In this document: piece after piece, positions 9,682-21,356 of the stretch
How positions within the stretch are numbered: the first letter of the stretch is position 1
How the letters are laid out: each line of letters begins with the position of its first letter
Assembly (NCBI GenBank): GCA_964420965.1
Contig: CAYQUQ010000006.1
Location: 1 to 50,846, forward strand
Source of the DNA: an uncultured Planctomycetia bacterium
GTDB lineage: Bacteria > Omnitrophota > Gorgyraeia > Duberdicusellales > 4484-171
DNA length: 50,846 nucleotides
Reading direction: 5' to 3'
Made by a program: the position numbers and the translations under genes
Notes under the pieces: generated by a model
Databases searched by the model: none
The model's input: the letters and a program-made list of their open reading frames with translations, nothing else
What the model was told of the DNA's origin: nothing

Positions 9682-9747
9682 CACTTCACCTCCTTAACTT
9701 TCCCGCTCAAGGCGGGGATCCCCAATCTTACTCTCCCCCCTATTAAC

Positions 9748-10326
9748 CTACTCCCGAATCAGAAAAATAGTCAACCAGTAGTTGTTCCCGAAATCTTCTA
9801 CCTGGCCGCGAGTCTGCCAACCACCCTCAACGCCGTCGATGATACCGTTTACCAGTTGTCGCACCCATTGACTCACCCCGCCGAACAGCGCTTGATTACC
9901 GTTGCCGGTAGTATCCACGGTACCATTCATGTCCAGGTCAAACCCGATTCCGCCGGCACCTGACGGCCAAACGCTTAAGCTGCGGTAAACCCCTAAAAAA
10001 TGGTTGCCAAAAGGGTTTTGGCCGGTGGTCAAGGGTGTCCGCAAATAAGGGCCATTCCAGGCAGTAGCGCCGCCGGGATTCATTGACAGCTGATGGTTAG
10101 CGGGTCCGGTATAACCCGGAGCAGCATACTCTAAACCGAATCCGCCCAGGTCATGACGGTACATCTCCCCGGCCGTGCGGAAAGTATCGGCTAAAGCCAC
10201 AATCTTGGCCGCCTTGGCTTTATCCATAGCCCGGGTAATCTGGGGAGTAATCATCACCCCCAGAATAGCGATGATGGCAATAACTACCATCAATTCAATC
10301 AAAGTAAAACCGCTTTTCATCTTCAT
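9748..10326 (-). CDS. GspG-like pilin/pseudopilin (candidate major subunit)
   Basis: SG/FTLIELMVV motif, WNGPYL, NPFG; strong SD AAGGAGG. Confidence 0.85.
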   Translation of the reverse strand: MKMKSGFTLIELMVVIAIIAILGVMITPQITRAMDKAKAAKIVALADTFRTAGEMYRHDLGGFGLEYAAPGYTGPANHQLSMNPGGATAWNGPYLRTPLTTGQNPFGNHFLGVYRSLSVWPSGAGGIGFDLDMNGTVDTTGNGNQALFGGVSQWVRQLVNGIIDGVEGGWQTRGQVEDFGNNYWLTIFLIRE

Positions 10327-10367
10327 CTTGCCTCCTTGGCTAACTACCCCCGATTTACTGGTTATTA

Positions 10368-10535
10368 TTATAGCGTAGCCTCATTCAATGCCCGCAGCTC
10401 TTGTTCTATCTTCTCCTTGTCTACGCGAGGGCCGCCCTGGCCCTTGGTCAACATGGTCACCATCAACCCGATGGCCACGATAACTACCAGTGCGGCTAAA
10501 ATTCCGATCATCTTGTTATTTTTCCAACCCGCCAT
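10368..10535 (-). CDS. 55-aa single-TM micro-protein (WKNNK family, copy 1)
   Basis: MAGWKNNKMIGILAALVVIVAIGLMVTMLTKGQGGPRVDKEKIEQELRALNEATL*. G-rich SD upstream; paralog at 9538-9681. Confidence 0.8.
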   Translation of the reverse strand: MAGWKNNKMIGILAALVVIVAIGLMVTMLTKGQGGPRVDKEKIEQELRALNEATL

Positions 10536-10579
10536 CTCTTAACCCCCTTACTAACTTTGACCTCTATTGTCCTGCTTCT

Positions 10580-12265
10580 TTAAGTAACCCGAAACACTTC
10601 ATCCACGGTAGTGATACCGGAAAAAAGCTTATTTAAAGCTTCATTACGCAAAACAGACATGCCTCCCTCGATGGCAATTTTGCGCATATTCTCGGCCGAC
10701 TCCTTGCGCAAAATAGCCGCCTGAAGCGTGGAGGAAGTACGCAAAAGCTCGTAAATCCCCAATCTCCCTTTATAGCCGGTATTACCGCAAATAGTGCACC
10801 CTTTTCCCCGGTAAAATTTTGCTCCCTCGGGTAGTTTCTCCTTTAACTTCAGAGAGGCGATTACCTCCGGAGTAGGGGTGTAAGCCTCCTTGCACTTGGA
10901 GCAGATTTTACGCACCAGGCGCTGGGCTAAAACCCCCAATAAAGACGAAGAGACTAAAAACGGCTCCACCCCCATATCGATCAAGCGGTTAAAAGCAGTA
11001 GGCGCATCATTGGTGTGCAGGGTGGAAAAAACCAGATGCCCGGTCAGCGCGGCCTGGATGGCAATCTCGGCGGTCTCTAAATCCCGGATTTCACCGACCA
11101 TGATGATATCCGGATCCTGCCGTAAAAAGCTGCGTAAAGTGCCAGAAAAATTAAGCCCGATTTTCGAGTGTACCTGCACCTGGCGCATCCCGTGAAACTG
11201 GTATTCCACCGGGTCCTCCACAGTCATGATGTTTACATCTTCTTTATTGAGCAGCTGCAGGGCCGAATAAAGGGTAGTGGTCTTTCCCGAACCGGTGGGC
11301 CCGGTGACCAGGATTATCCCGTAAGGCAGCTCAATCATTTCTTTAAACCGGGTTAAATCATTATCCGAAAACCCCAGCGATTTTAAACCGACCACCAGCC
11401 CGGATTTATCCAGCACCCTTAACACGATATTCTCGCCGTGCACGCTGGGACAGGTGGAAACGCGAAAATCGATCTCTTTGGCCTCGATCTTCATCCGCAG
11501 CCGGCCGTCTTGGGGCAGGCGCTTCTCGGATATATCCAAGGCCGATAAAATCTTGGTCCGGGAGATAATCGGGGCCTGGAGGAGTTTAGGGGCAACGTGG
11601 CGTTTATGCAAAACACCGTCAATGCGGTAGCGGATATTGACCACTTTTTCTTCGGGCTCGATATGGATATCCGAAGCTTTATCGTGGACGGCTTTACTGA
11701 TCATCAGGTTAACCAGCCGGATTACGTTGGCTTCCTGCTCCCGGTCCCCGGCTAAAAGCTTCTTATGGTCAATAGCCGAAAGCACCTCTTCCACTGTCCC
11801 CGAAGAACGGTAATGCTGTTCAATAGCCCAGGAAACATCGGCCTCACTGGCTAAAAGAGTCTTGACCTTACACCCACTGCGGTCGCGGATGTAATCAATA
11901 GCCACAATATCGTTAGGGTTGGGCGTAGCCAGGTAGAGGATATTTTCGGAGAGAAATAAAGGCACCACTTTGAATTCCCGGGCATCGTGCTCGTTGACCA
12001 GAGAAAGAACATCCTTTTCCACGATGTAATCCCCGAGATTAGCTACCTCGGTCTCCATCTGGGAAGCTAAGGCCAGATTTATCTGTTCCGACGCAGCCCA
12101 GCCGCGCTCGACCAGCAGGTCACCCAGGCGCTGGCCGGTAACTTTCTGCTCGGCTAAAGCCTGCCTGAGGACGCTTTCGGTAATTACGGATTCGGCAATT
12201 AAAAGCTCGCCTAACTTTTTTCGTACGGAAGGTCTGGATGTGTTTTTGGGGTCGCTCTCCGCCAT
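10580..12265 (-). CDS. pilB: PilB/GspE assembly ATPase with N-terminal MshEN domain
   Basis: Walker A GPTGSGKTT, LRQDPDIIMVGE, STLHTND, CxxC...CxxC. N-terminal KLGELL...LAEQ and RLGDLL...LASQ. Confidence 0.95.
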   Translation of the reverse strand: MAESDPKNTSRPSVRKKLGELLIAESVITESVLRQALAEQKVTGQRLGDLLVERGWAASEQINLALASQMETEVANLGDYIVEKDVLSLVNEHDAREFKVVPLFLSENILYLATPNPNDIVAIDYIRDRSGCKVKTLLASEADVSWAIEQHYRSSGTVEEVLSAIDHKKLLAGDREQEANVIRLVNLMISKAVHDKASDIHIEPEEKVVNIRYRIDGVLHKRHVAPKLLQAPIISRTKILSALDISEKRLPQDGRLRMKIEAKEIDFRVSTCPSVHGENIVLRVLDKSGLVVGLKSLGFSDNDLTRFKEMIELPYGIILVTGPTGSGKTTTLYSALQLLNKEDVNIMTVEDPVEYQFHGMRQVQVHSKIGLNFSGTLRSFLRQDPDIIMVGEIRDLETAEIAIQAALTGHLVFSTLHTNDAPTAFNRLIDMGVEPFLVSSSLLGVLAQRLVRKICSKCKEAYTPTPEVIASLKLKEKLPEGAKFYRGKGCTICGNTGYKGRLGIYELLRTSSTLQAAILRKESAENMRKIAIEGGMSVLRNEALNKLFSGITTVDEVFRVT

Positions 12266-12441
12266 TAATATCCTTTCGCTTATCCGCGTTCACGGACGGT
12301 TAGGATACACGCCTCTACCCACAATTAAACCATACCACATTCTAATTAATTTTTAAAGGGGAAATATCTAAATGGAAGCGCTTACAGAAACCCCGCCTCC
12401 CTCACCCTTTTTCCCTTTACTTTCAATATATTTTTTACTTA

Positions 12442-14466
12442 TTAGTTATAGGCGTCCAGGGCTCTCTCGATCTCTTCCTTCCTTTTCATCTCCCGATCGG
12501 TCCAGGAAGTACGCTCCCGTTGCAGTTGAACCTCCCGGGCTTCCTTCTCTTCTTCAATAAGCTTAGGGATTATTCTTAAGTAAGTGGCGCTGTTGGCATA
12601 CCCCGGGCTGATTCTCTCCACCTCACTAAAATAATCAAAGGCCTTAAGGTATTCCCCTTCTTTATACAGGGAGACGGCCTGGCGGTAAAGGGCATCAGCC
12701 TTGTCACTGACCTTATCGCGGGTTATTTTCTGCAATCTCTTTTCCTCTTGCTTGACCTCGCGCTGGAAAATTTTGTCTATTTTTCGCAGGTAATATTCGG
12801 TCTTTCCGTAACCCGGGCTTAAAGTCTGCAGCTGTTTGAATTTCTCCTCGGCCCGGGGATAATCTTTCTGCCCGTACAAGGTCAATGCTTCCTTATAAAG
12901 CTCTCGGACTTCTCGCTTTCTTGCGGTTTTGGCCTGCTTTTCGGCCTCAGCCTGTTGCCGAGTCTCTTCGGCAATCTGCTCCTGCTCTGCTCTCAGCTGC
13001 TCCTTTTCGGCCCGGAGCCTTTCTTGCTCGGCTTTTTTTTCCGCACTCTGCTCCTGTTTTTCCCGCTTTTTTCGCTCCTTTCGGATAAGCTTGGGCAGAA
13101 TTCTTAAGTAATAGTCAGTTTTGGCATAACCGGGACGCAATTCGTGAACCGCGTTAAATGTTTCATAAGCTTCCTCGTACCTTCTCTGCCGATAGAGGGA
13201 ACGGGCTGAACTGTAAAGCTGCTCGGCCTGCGCTAATCTCTCGGCCTCCTCTTCCTCTTCGGTAAGGCCCTTAAGCTCTTTTTCCAAAGCATCAGTGCGG
13301 GCTACTTCTTTAAGCGGTACCATCTTCAGCACTGACCTTCTTCCTTCCACCCGGGGCCTGATCCTTTCCTCGACTGCGGCGCTGTACTCAAATTCCGGCC
13401 GGGTGATAATGGTCGGTGAGACGAATATTACCAATTCGGTTTTTTCCGTTCGCGTCTTTGCGCTCTTGAACAGATAACCCAGATAAGGTATATCTCCTAA
13501 GAGGGGTATCTTTGATTCGCCATCGATAACCTTATTCTTGATCATTCCGCCGATAATCAAAGTCTCCCCGCTGGCCACGACTACTTTGGTCTGGGCCTGG
13601 CGGCTCTCGATAATCGGCACTGTATATTCTACCTCCTGATTATTGGCGGTAGTTAAAGTAATCTCGTAATCATCGGTTTTTTCGCTTACTTCCGGCTGAA
13701 GGAGCATGCTGATTTTCCCGTCCTCGTTTATGGTCGGGGTAGTTTTAAGAATAATCCCGGCCGGTTCAAAATTAACCTCCCAGCTGACTTCCGACCCGCC
13801 CTCGCTGGTGGAAACTGTCGGCTCAGCCCAGGGATAGACATCGGTCACCCTGATTTCGGCTTCCCGGTTATTAACCGTGGTAATGCTGGGAGCGGATAGA
13901 ATATCAGTATCATATTCATTGGCCAGAGCCTGCATAACTAAAGATATATTGTCATTAGCCACGGTAAGACTGAAAGGAGTCTCCGAGCCACTCGCGACCT
14001 GGTTAGGAGGATAGTAGGTGTTTTTATAAGAGGTAGCCTGGGTTATGCCCTGGCCGGCATTAGCCGAATAGACGTTAAACCCGCCCATGGTAAACCCGTT
14101 CTTATCGGCGAAAAGGGTCCAGTTTATCCCCAAAGCATTTTCGCCTTCCAGCTTAACCTCCACTATCCGGGCTTCGATGTGCACCTGCTGGGGCGGGACA
14201 TCGACCATACCCAGGTACTCTTCAACCCGCTTGATATTCTCCGGATAATCGATGACCAGGATGGAATTGGCTTCATCGCCGTAGAGAACCTCCCCCTGCT
14301 CGGAGAGAAGAGGATCGATAGCCGAAACGTTTCTGCCGGCGCCTCCGATCCCACCCGAATCCGAGCCCGCTCCGGAAAGAGCGCTGGCCGCCGACTCCAG
14401 GCCCTGGCTGAATCCGGAAAGCGCGAACGATAAACACAATATCAAGCTTAAAGCCTGCTTGACCAC
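12442..14466 (-). CDS. Secretin, C-terminal half (partial N domain + beta-barrel) with TPR-like/coiled-coil extension
   Basis: Own signal peptide. NSILVID...VDVPPQQVHIEARIVEV, ILSAPSITT, GETLIIGG, KIPLLGDIPYLGYLFKS, ELVIFVSPTII. Start may be ATT at 14496 or 14493. Confidence 0.9.
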   Translation of the reverse strand: MVKQALSLILCLSFALSGFSQGLESAASALSGAGSDSGGIGGAGRNVSAIDPLLSEQGEVLYGDEANSILVIDYPENIKRVEEYLGMVDVPPQQVHIEARIVEVKLEGENALGINWTLFADKNGFTMGGFNVYSANAGQGITQATSYKNTYYPPNQVASGSETPFSLTVANDNISLVMQALANEYDTDILSAPSITTVNNREAEIRVTDVYPWAEPTVSTSEGGSEVSWEVNFEPAGIILKTTPTINEDGKISMLLQPEVSEKTDDYEITLTTANNQEVEYTVPIIESRQAQTKVVVASGETLIIGGMIKNKVIDGESKIPLLGDIPYLGYLFKSAKTRTEKTELVIFVSPTIITRPEFEYSAAVEERIRPRVEGRRSVLKMVPLKEVARTDALEKELKGLTEEEEEAERLAQAEQLYSSARSLYRQRRYEEAYETFNAVHELRPGYAKTDYYLRILPKLIRKERKKREKQEQSAEKKAEQERLRAEKEQLRAEQEQIAEETRQQAEAEKQAKTARKREVRELYKEALTLYGQKDYPRAEEKFKQLQTLSPGYGKTEYYLRKIDKIFQREVKQEEKRLQKITRDKVSDKADALYRQAVSLYKEGEYLKAFDYFSEVERISPGYANSATYLRIIPKLIEEEKEAREVQLQRERTSWTDREMKRKEEIERALDAYN

Positions 14467-14535
14467 ACCCCGTTTAGGTTTATTTACCGTAATAATGGTC
14501 CACCTCCTGCTAATAGAACGTACTTCTACTTATCC

Positions 14536-15402
14536 TTATTCTCCGCCGCCGCCTCCGGAATCACCGCCGGAATCGCCGCCACCTTGGCCACCTACATCTA
14601 AACTATATTCTTCAGTCCTTACTTCACCTTCTTCTTCTACGCCCACCAGCTCTTTGGAGCTGATATACTTTAATTTAAAGACACGACTGGTGGTTTTGCG
14701 GTCCACAGCCTCGAGATAACTCTCGATATTCTTAACATTGGGAGGGTAATCGATGACCAACAGAGAATTAGGCAATTTTCCCAGGAATATCTTCCCCTCT
14801 TGGGAAAGAAGGTCATATATGGTATTCTCTCCGGAAACCCCTCCGCCCGAATCGCCTTCTCCGCCGGCTCCTCCGACTCCTTCGCCGCCTTCGCCGCCTT
14901 CGCCGGATTCACTTCCGCTGCTGCTGCGCGCCCCTTCCAGTAGCTCTTTAGCCTCTGCGGACCTTAAAACAAAGGTTTTAGCGATTAAATGCGGGAAAAC
15001 CCGGATGATATTCCCGTCCTTTTCCAGGGCCAGGTTATTATTCTTAAGGATTACCTTCAAGGCCTCTTCTAAAGAGATATTGGAAAAACTGGCGGTAACC
15101 TCACCTTTCACATCCTTATCCACCAGGATGTTTAAGCCGTAATCATGGGCAAATACCCGCAGGAGATCTCCGACTTCGACATCACGAAACTCCATGGAAA
15201 AACTGTCGCCGGCCTGCTGCTCCACCCGCATTAACGGCGGCTCCTGCTGGACAGCTGTTTCTCCGCCGCTGGGAGACTCAAACTCGCCCCCCCCGCCGGG
15301 AATTTCCCCGCCGGCAAAATCCTCGTCGGCTTGCGCAAAACATATTGGAGTAAACCAGAAACCCAACGCCATCAGCACAAAATAAATAACTACTTTTTTC
15401 AT
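14536..15402 (-). CDS. Secretin, N-terminal half (N0/STN + N domain + start of next N domain)
   Basis: Signal peptide; FSMEFRDVEVGDLLR...VDKDVKGEVT (N0); KTFVLRSAEA...NSLLVIDYP (N domain); ends SRVFKLKYISSKEL plus Gly/Glu tail. Confidence 0.85.
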   Translation of the reverse strand: MKKVVIYFVLMALGFWFTPICFAQADEDFAGGEIPGGGGEFESPSGGETAVQQEPPLMRVEQQAGDSFSMEFRDVEVGDLLRVFAHDYGLNILVDKDVKGEVTASFSNISLEEALKVILKNNNLALEKDGNIIRVFPHLIAKTFVLRSAEAKELLEGARSSSGSESGEGGEGGEGVGGAGGEGDSGGGVSGENTIYDLLSQEGKIFLGKLPNSLLVIDYPPNVKNIESYLEAVDRKTTSRVFKLKYISSKELVGVEEEGEVRTEEYSLDVGGQGGGDSGGDSGGGGGE

Positions 15403-15809
15403 TCTGTATCCCCCTCGAATAAGTCCGGCAAGTGCAAAATGACTTGCCCGCCCCTGTCCATTAATACTACCTGATCCCGCGTAATCGCGATAACCTGTCT
15501 GCTGCCGACGGTCTGGCCTTCGCTTAATACCTGCCCTCCGATTAAGGCTTTCTTGCCTTTATCGGATATAAAAATGGCGGTAAGATTTAAGCTTAAGCCC
15601 TCATCGTCTTCCTGGATAACCCCGGCCATCTTTAGCGCCGCTTCTTCTTCCACCTTTAAAAAAGGATTACGCAGCTCCTCACTATCCGAAACAGTATCGA
15701 TAGTATCGATAGTATCGATAGCCTCATCGATAGCCAATGCCGCCGGCATAAAAGTAAGGCTTAAACCTAAAGCCAGAGCTAAAACCTGAACCACTAAGTT
15801 AATTTTCAT
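15399..15809 (-). CDS. PilP/GspB-like periplasmic protein
   Basis: Signal peptide, RNPF, LNLTAIF...KALIGGQVLSEGQTVG; directly upstream of the secretin genes. Confidence 0.7.
   Translation of the reverse strand: MKINLVVQVLALALGLSLTFMPAALAIDEAIDTIDTIDTVSDSEELRNPFLKVEEEAALKMAGVIQEDDEGLSLNLTAIFISDKGKKALIGGQVLSEGQTVGSRQVIAITRDQVVLMDRGGQVILHLPDLFEGDTE
15693..15720. repeat. 9-bp in-frame tandem repeat (AGTATCGAT x3)
   Basis: Encodes IDTIDTIDT just after the signal peptide. Confidence 0.8.
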
Positions 15810-15994
15810 TATCCTCTCCCCAGTATTTTTCTCAGCTTCTTAATATCGCCGGCCGTATACTCCCGCCACTTATTAATCGGGTTACGCCGGGATTTAGGAA
15901 ATATACCTTTTTTCTCGTAACGGATAACCGTCTGTTTGGAAATGCCTAATTCCTTAACCACCTCTTCAATCGTAAAATAACGGCTTTTTACCAT
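15809..15994 (-). CDS. Stand-alone MerR-like/BldC-like winged HTH protein
   Basis: FTIEEVVKELGISKQTVIRYEKKG...RNPINKWREY; 61 aa with no effector domain; first gene of the operon. Confidence 0.85.
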   Translation of the reverse strand: MVKSRYFTIEEVVKELGISKQTVIRYEKKGIFPKSRRNPINKWREYTAGDIKKLRKILGRG

Positions 15995-16001
15995 TTATAC
16001 A

Positions 16002-16123
16002 CCTCAAGACTGTCTAAACGGCTCTAATACCTTAAGAAGCTTCTAATAGTGCTTGATATATCTTGATACACCCTGGTGCGTTCTGATATAGCCTAATTTA
16101 CCTTAAACCTCCGGGGAAGTCAA
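16002..16123 (-). promoter_or_regulatory. Sigma70-like promoter overlapped by a ~10-bp-period degenerate direct-repeat array
   Basis: TTGACT (16123-16118), 17 bp, TAAATT (16100-16095). Plus-strand decamers ttctaatagt/gcttgatata/tcttgataca/ccctggtgcg/ttctgatata/gcctaattta. Confidence 0.6.
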
Positions 16124-16344
16124 GAACTATTTTTGAAAAAAAAGCTTATTTTTCCATATTTTGGGGCCTTTCTTGATCCCTACCACATCTTGTGGACGGA
16201 GGAAGGCGGTCTTAGGGCCAAAAAATCGAAAAAAGGTAATGTTTTTAAGGCTAAAATAGCCTGGTGGGGATAGGGGAAGTAATCCTATGCCGAGGGCTCA
16301 AAAAGGGTATATTATATAAGGTAAGAGAGGGGGTAGAATGAGGA

Positions 16345-16399
16345 TAATTCGGGACAGACCCCCTATATTCATTCGTTAATTGGGGTCTGTCCCGAATTA
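16345..16399. repeat. 18-bp inverted repeat (REP-like) downstream of groEL
   Basis: taattcgggacagacccc ... ggggtctgtcccgaatta; no U-tract in the groEL direction. Confidence 0.7.
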
Positions 16400-16419
16400 A
16401 AAATCGAATTAGAAGCTAA

Positions 16420-18063
<1,644 letters not shown>

Positions 18064-18078
18064 TCAAACCTCCTTTAT

Positions 18079-18366
18079 TTATTCCACTATCCCTAAGACA
18101 TCCTCTTCCCGGATGATTAAATACTCATCGCCGTCGATAGTCACTTCCGTTCCGGAATACTTACCGTAAAGGACTTTATCGCCTACCTTTAAAGACAATG
18201 GTATTGCCTTGCCGTCATCGGACTTTTTCCCCTCGCCTACGGCTACGATTTCCCCCTCCTGGGGCTTCTCTTTGGCCGTATCCGGAAGAACGATTCCGCC
18301 TTTTGTCTGTTCCTTGGCTTCCAGGGGTTTAACCAAAATCCGATCCGCTAATGGTTTAAACTTCAT
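18079..18366 (-). CDS. groS: Co-chaperonin GroES
   Basis: [25 protein letters not shown] 18366 fits SD GAGGAGGTG. Confidence 0.98.
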   Translation of the reverse strand: MKFKPLADRILVKPLEAKEQTKGGIVLPDTAKEKPQEGEIVAVGEGKKSDDGKAIPLSLKVGDKVLYGKYSGTEVTIDGDEYLIIREEDVLGIVE

Positions 18367-18408
18367 ACCCACACCTCCTCAATTTTCTAGTGTTTAACTC
18401 AAAAAAAT

Positions 18409-18444
18409 GATCTCGAGCCCGCCGAAGGCGGGCGAGAGATCTTA
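18409..18444. repeat. 36-bp hairpin element (copy 1; copy 2 at 49035-49070)
   Basis: GATCTCGAG-CCCGCC-GAA-GGCGGG-CGAGAGATCTTA. Confidence 0.75.
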
Positions 18445-18465
18445 CTAACCTATCACACTCTTAAG

Positions 18466-18519
18466 TTAGCAATCTACCCTCAAGAGTGCTAATTATACTT
18501 GAGTAGAGAATATTGTCAA
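18466..18519 (-). promoter_or_regulatory. CIRCE (HrcA operator) plus consensus sigma70 promoter of groESL
   Basis: TTAGCACTC-N9-GATTGCTAA (18492-18466). TTGACA (18519-18514), 16 bp, TATAAT (18497-18492). Confidence 0.92.
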
Positions 18520-18594
18520 GAATTTTTTTAAATAATATATAATATGGCCGTATTCTGCAACTGTCTACAGAGTAAAGGGTTAAGAAAGGCGGGT

Positions 18595-19317
18595 TTAAAG
18601 AGCTCTTGTCCGGCTCAGCCGCAACAGGCCCTTAGCCACTAAAAAAGGCTCGTAATAATAAGGAAAATTTAAGGCCGGTAAAACCACTGCCGCTTCTCCT
18701 CCGGTGATAATAACTCTTTCTGTACTCGAAAGCTTAAGCTTTTTTTGGTATGTTTTTACCAAAGAGTTCGCCATCGCCGAGAAGCCTTCGCTTAATCCTT
18801 TATTGATACTTTCGCGGGTGGTGCGGGGTATACGCGTCCGGGGTTTTCCGAATTCAATCTTAGGCGGTAAAAGCGCGCACCGCGACAGCACCTTTAGGGT
18901 CGAGCCGACCCCGGGAAGGATCAGGCCGCCTAAATATTGGCCGCGCGAAGATAAGAAATCTAAAGTTATGGCCGTACCGAAATCTAAAATCAACCTGGCT
19001 TTAGGGACAAGGGCTCTGGCCGCATAGGCGCCGACTAGCCGGTCCATACCGATTTGCTTCGGATTATAATAGCTTTTGATCGGTACTTTTAAATCTTCTC
19101 CGACGATATATACTTTGTTTTTTAATTTCCTGAATATCTTATTCACGCTGGGGACAACTGAACAGACCAGGATAATTTCCCGCGAATATCCGGACAAAAC
19201 TTTTCCGGCCGCTTTCAGGGAAATGTTAGCCGTCGGGAGGCTGTACTTCTTTACAATTCTTTCGCCCCGAAACCAGACAAAACTTACATTAGTATTTCCA
19301 ACATCAACTGCAATCAT
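18595..19317 (-). CDS. coaX: Type III pantothenate kinase
   Basis: DVGNTN, IGMDRL, DFGTAIT, GGLILPG, TGG. Confidence 0.95.
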   Translation of the reverse strand: MIAVDVGNTNVSFVWFRGERIVKKYSLPTANISLKAAGKVLSGYSREIILVCSVVPSVNKIFRKLKNKVYIVGEDLKVPIKSYYNPKQIGMDRLVGAYAARALVPKARLILDFGTAITLDFLSSRGQYLGGLILPGVGSTLKVLSRCALLPPKIEFGKPRTRIPRTTRESINKGLSEGFSAMANSLVKTYQKKLKLSSTERVIITGGEAAVVLPALNFPYYYEPFLVAKGLLRLSRTRAL

Positions 19318-19347
19318 AATTTCATATTGAAAAATTCGTTTTTGCTT

Positions 19348-21324
<1,977 letters not shown>

Positions 21325-21333
21325 ATCATCCCT

Positions 21334-21356
21334 TTCCACACCGCCGCGGTGTGGAA
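21334..21356. repeat. 10-bp-arm palindrome between nadC and uvrB
   Basis: ttccacaccg-ccg-cggtgtggaa; arms resemble the element at 38791-38844. Confidence 0.55.

Noticed and set aside
4899-10326. DGR- or shufflon-type diversification of the pilins
   Set aside because: No reverse transcriptase, adenine-specific repeat pair or repeated inversion sites were seen in the pilin cluster.
9324-10542. ORF-track calls 9324-9560(-), 9520-9963(+) and 10336-10542(+)
   Set aside because: They overlap pilins or the two WKNNK micro-ORFs, which have SD-like sequences and mutual homology.
12266-12441. c-di-GMP riboswitch upstream of pilB
   Set aside because: No recognisable class I or class II consensus; only fragments of the acgcggat repeat family.
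14467-14538. Stop-codon readthrough or a sequencing error joining the secretin halves
   Set aside because: Two in-frame TAA codons, an internal SD and a second signal peptide favour a true split.
16180-16195. NrdR-box-like sequence (ctaccacatcttgtgg)
   Set aside because: Single imperfect copy with no ribonucleotide reductase gene nearby.
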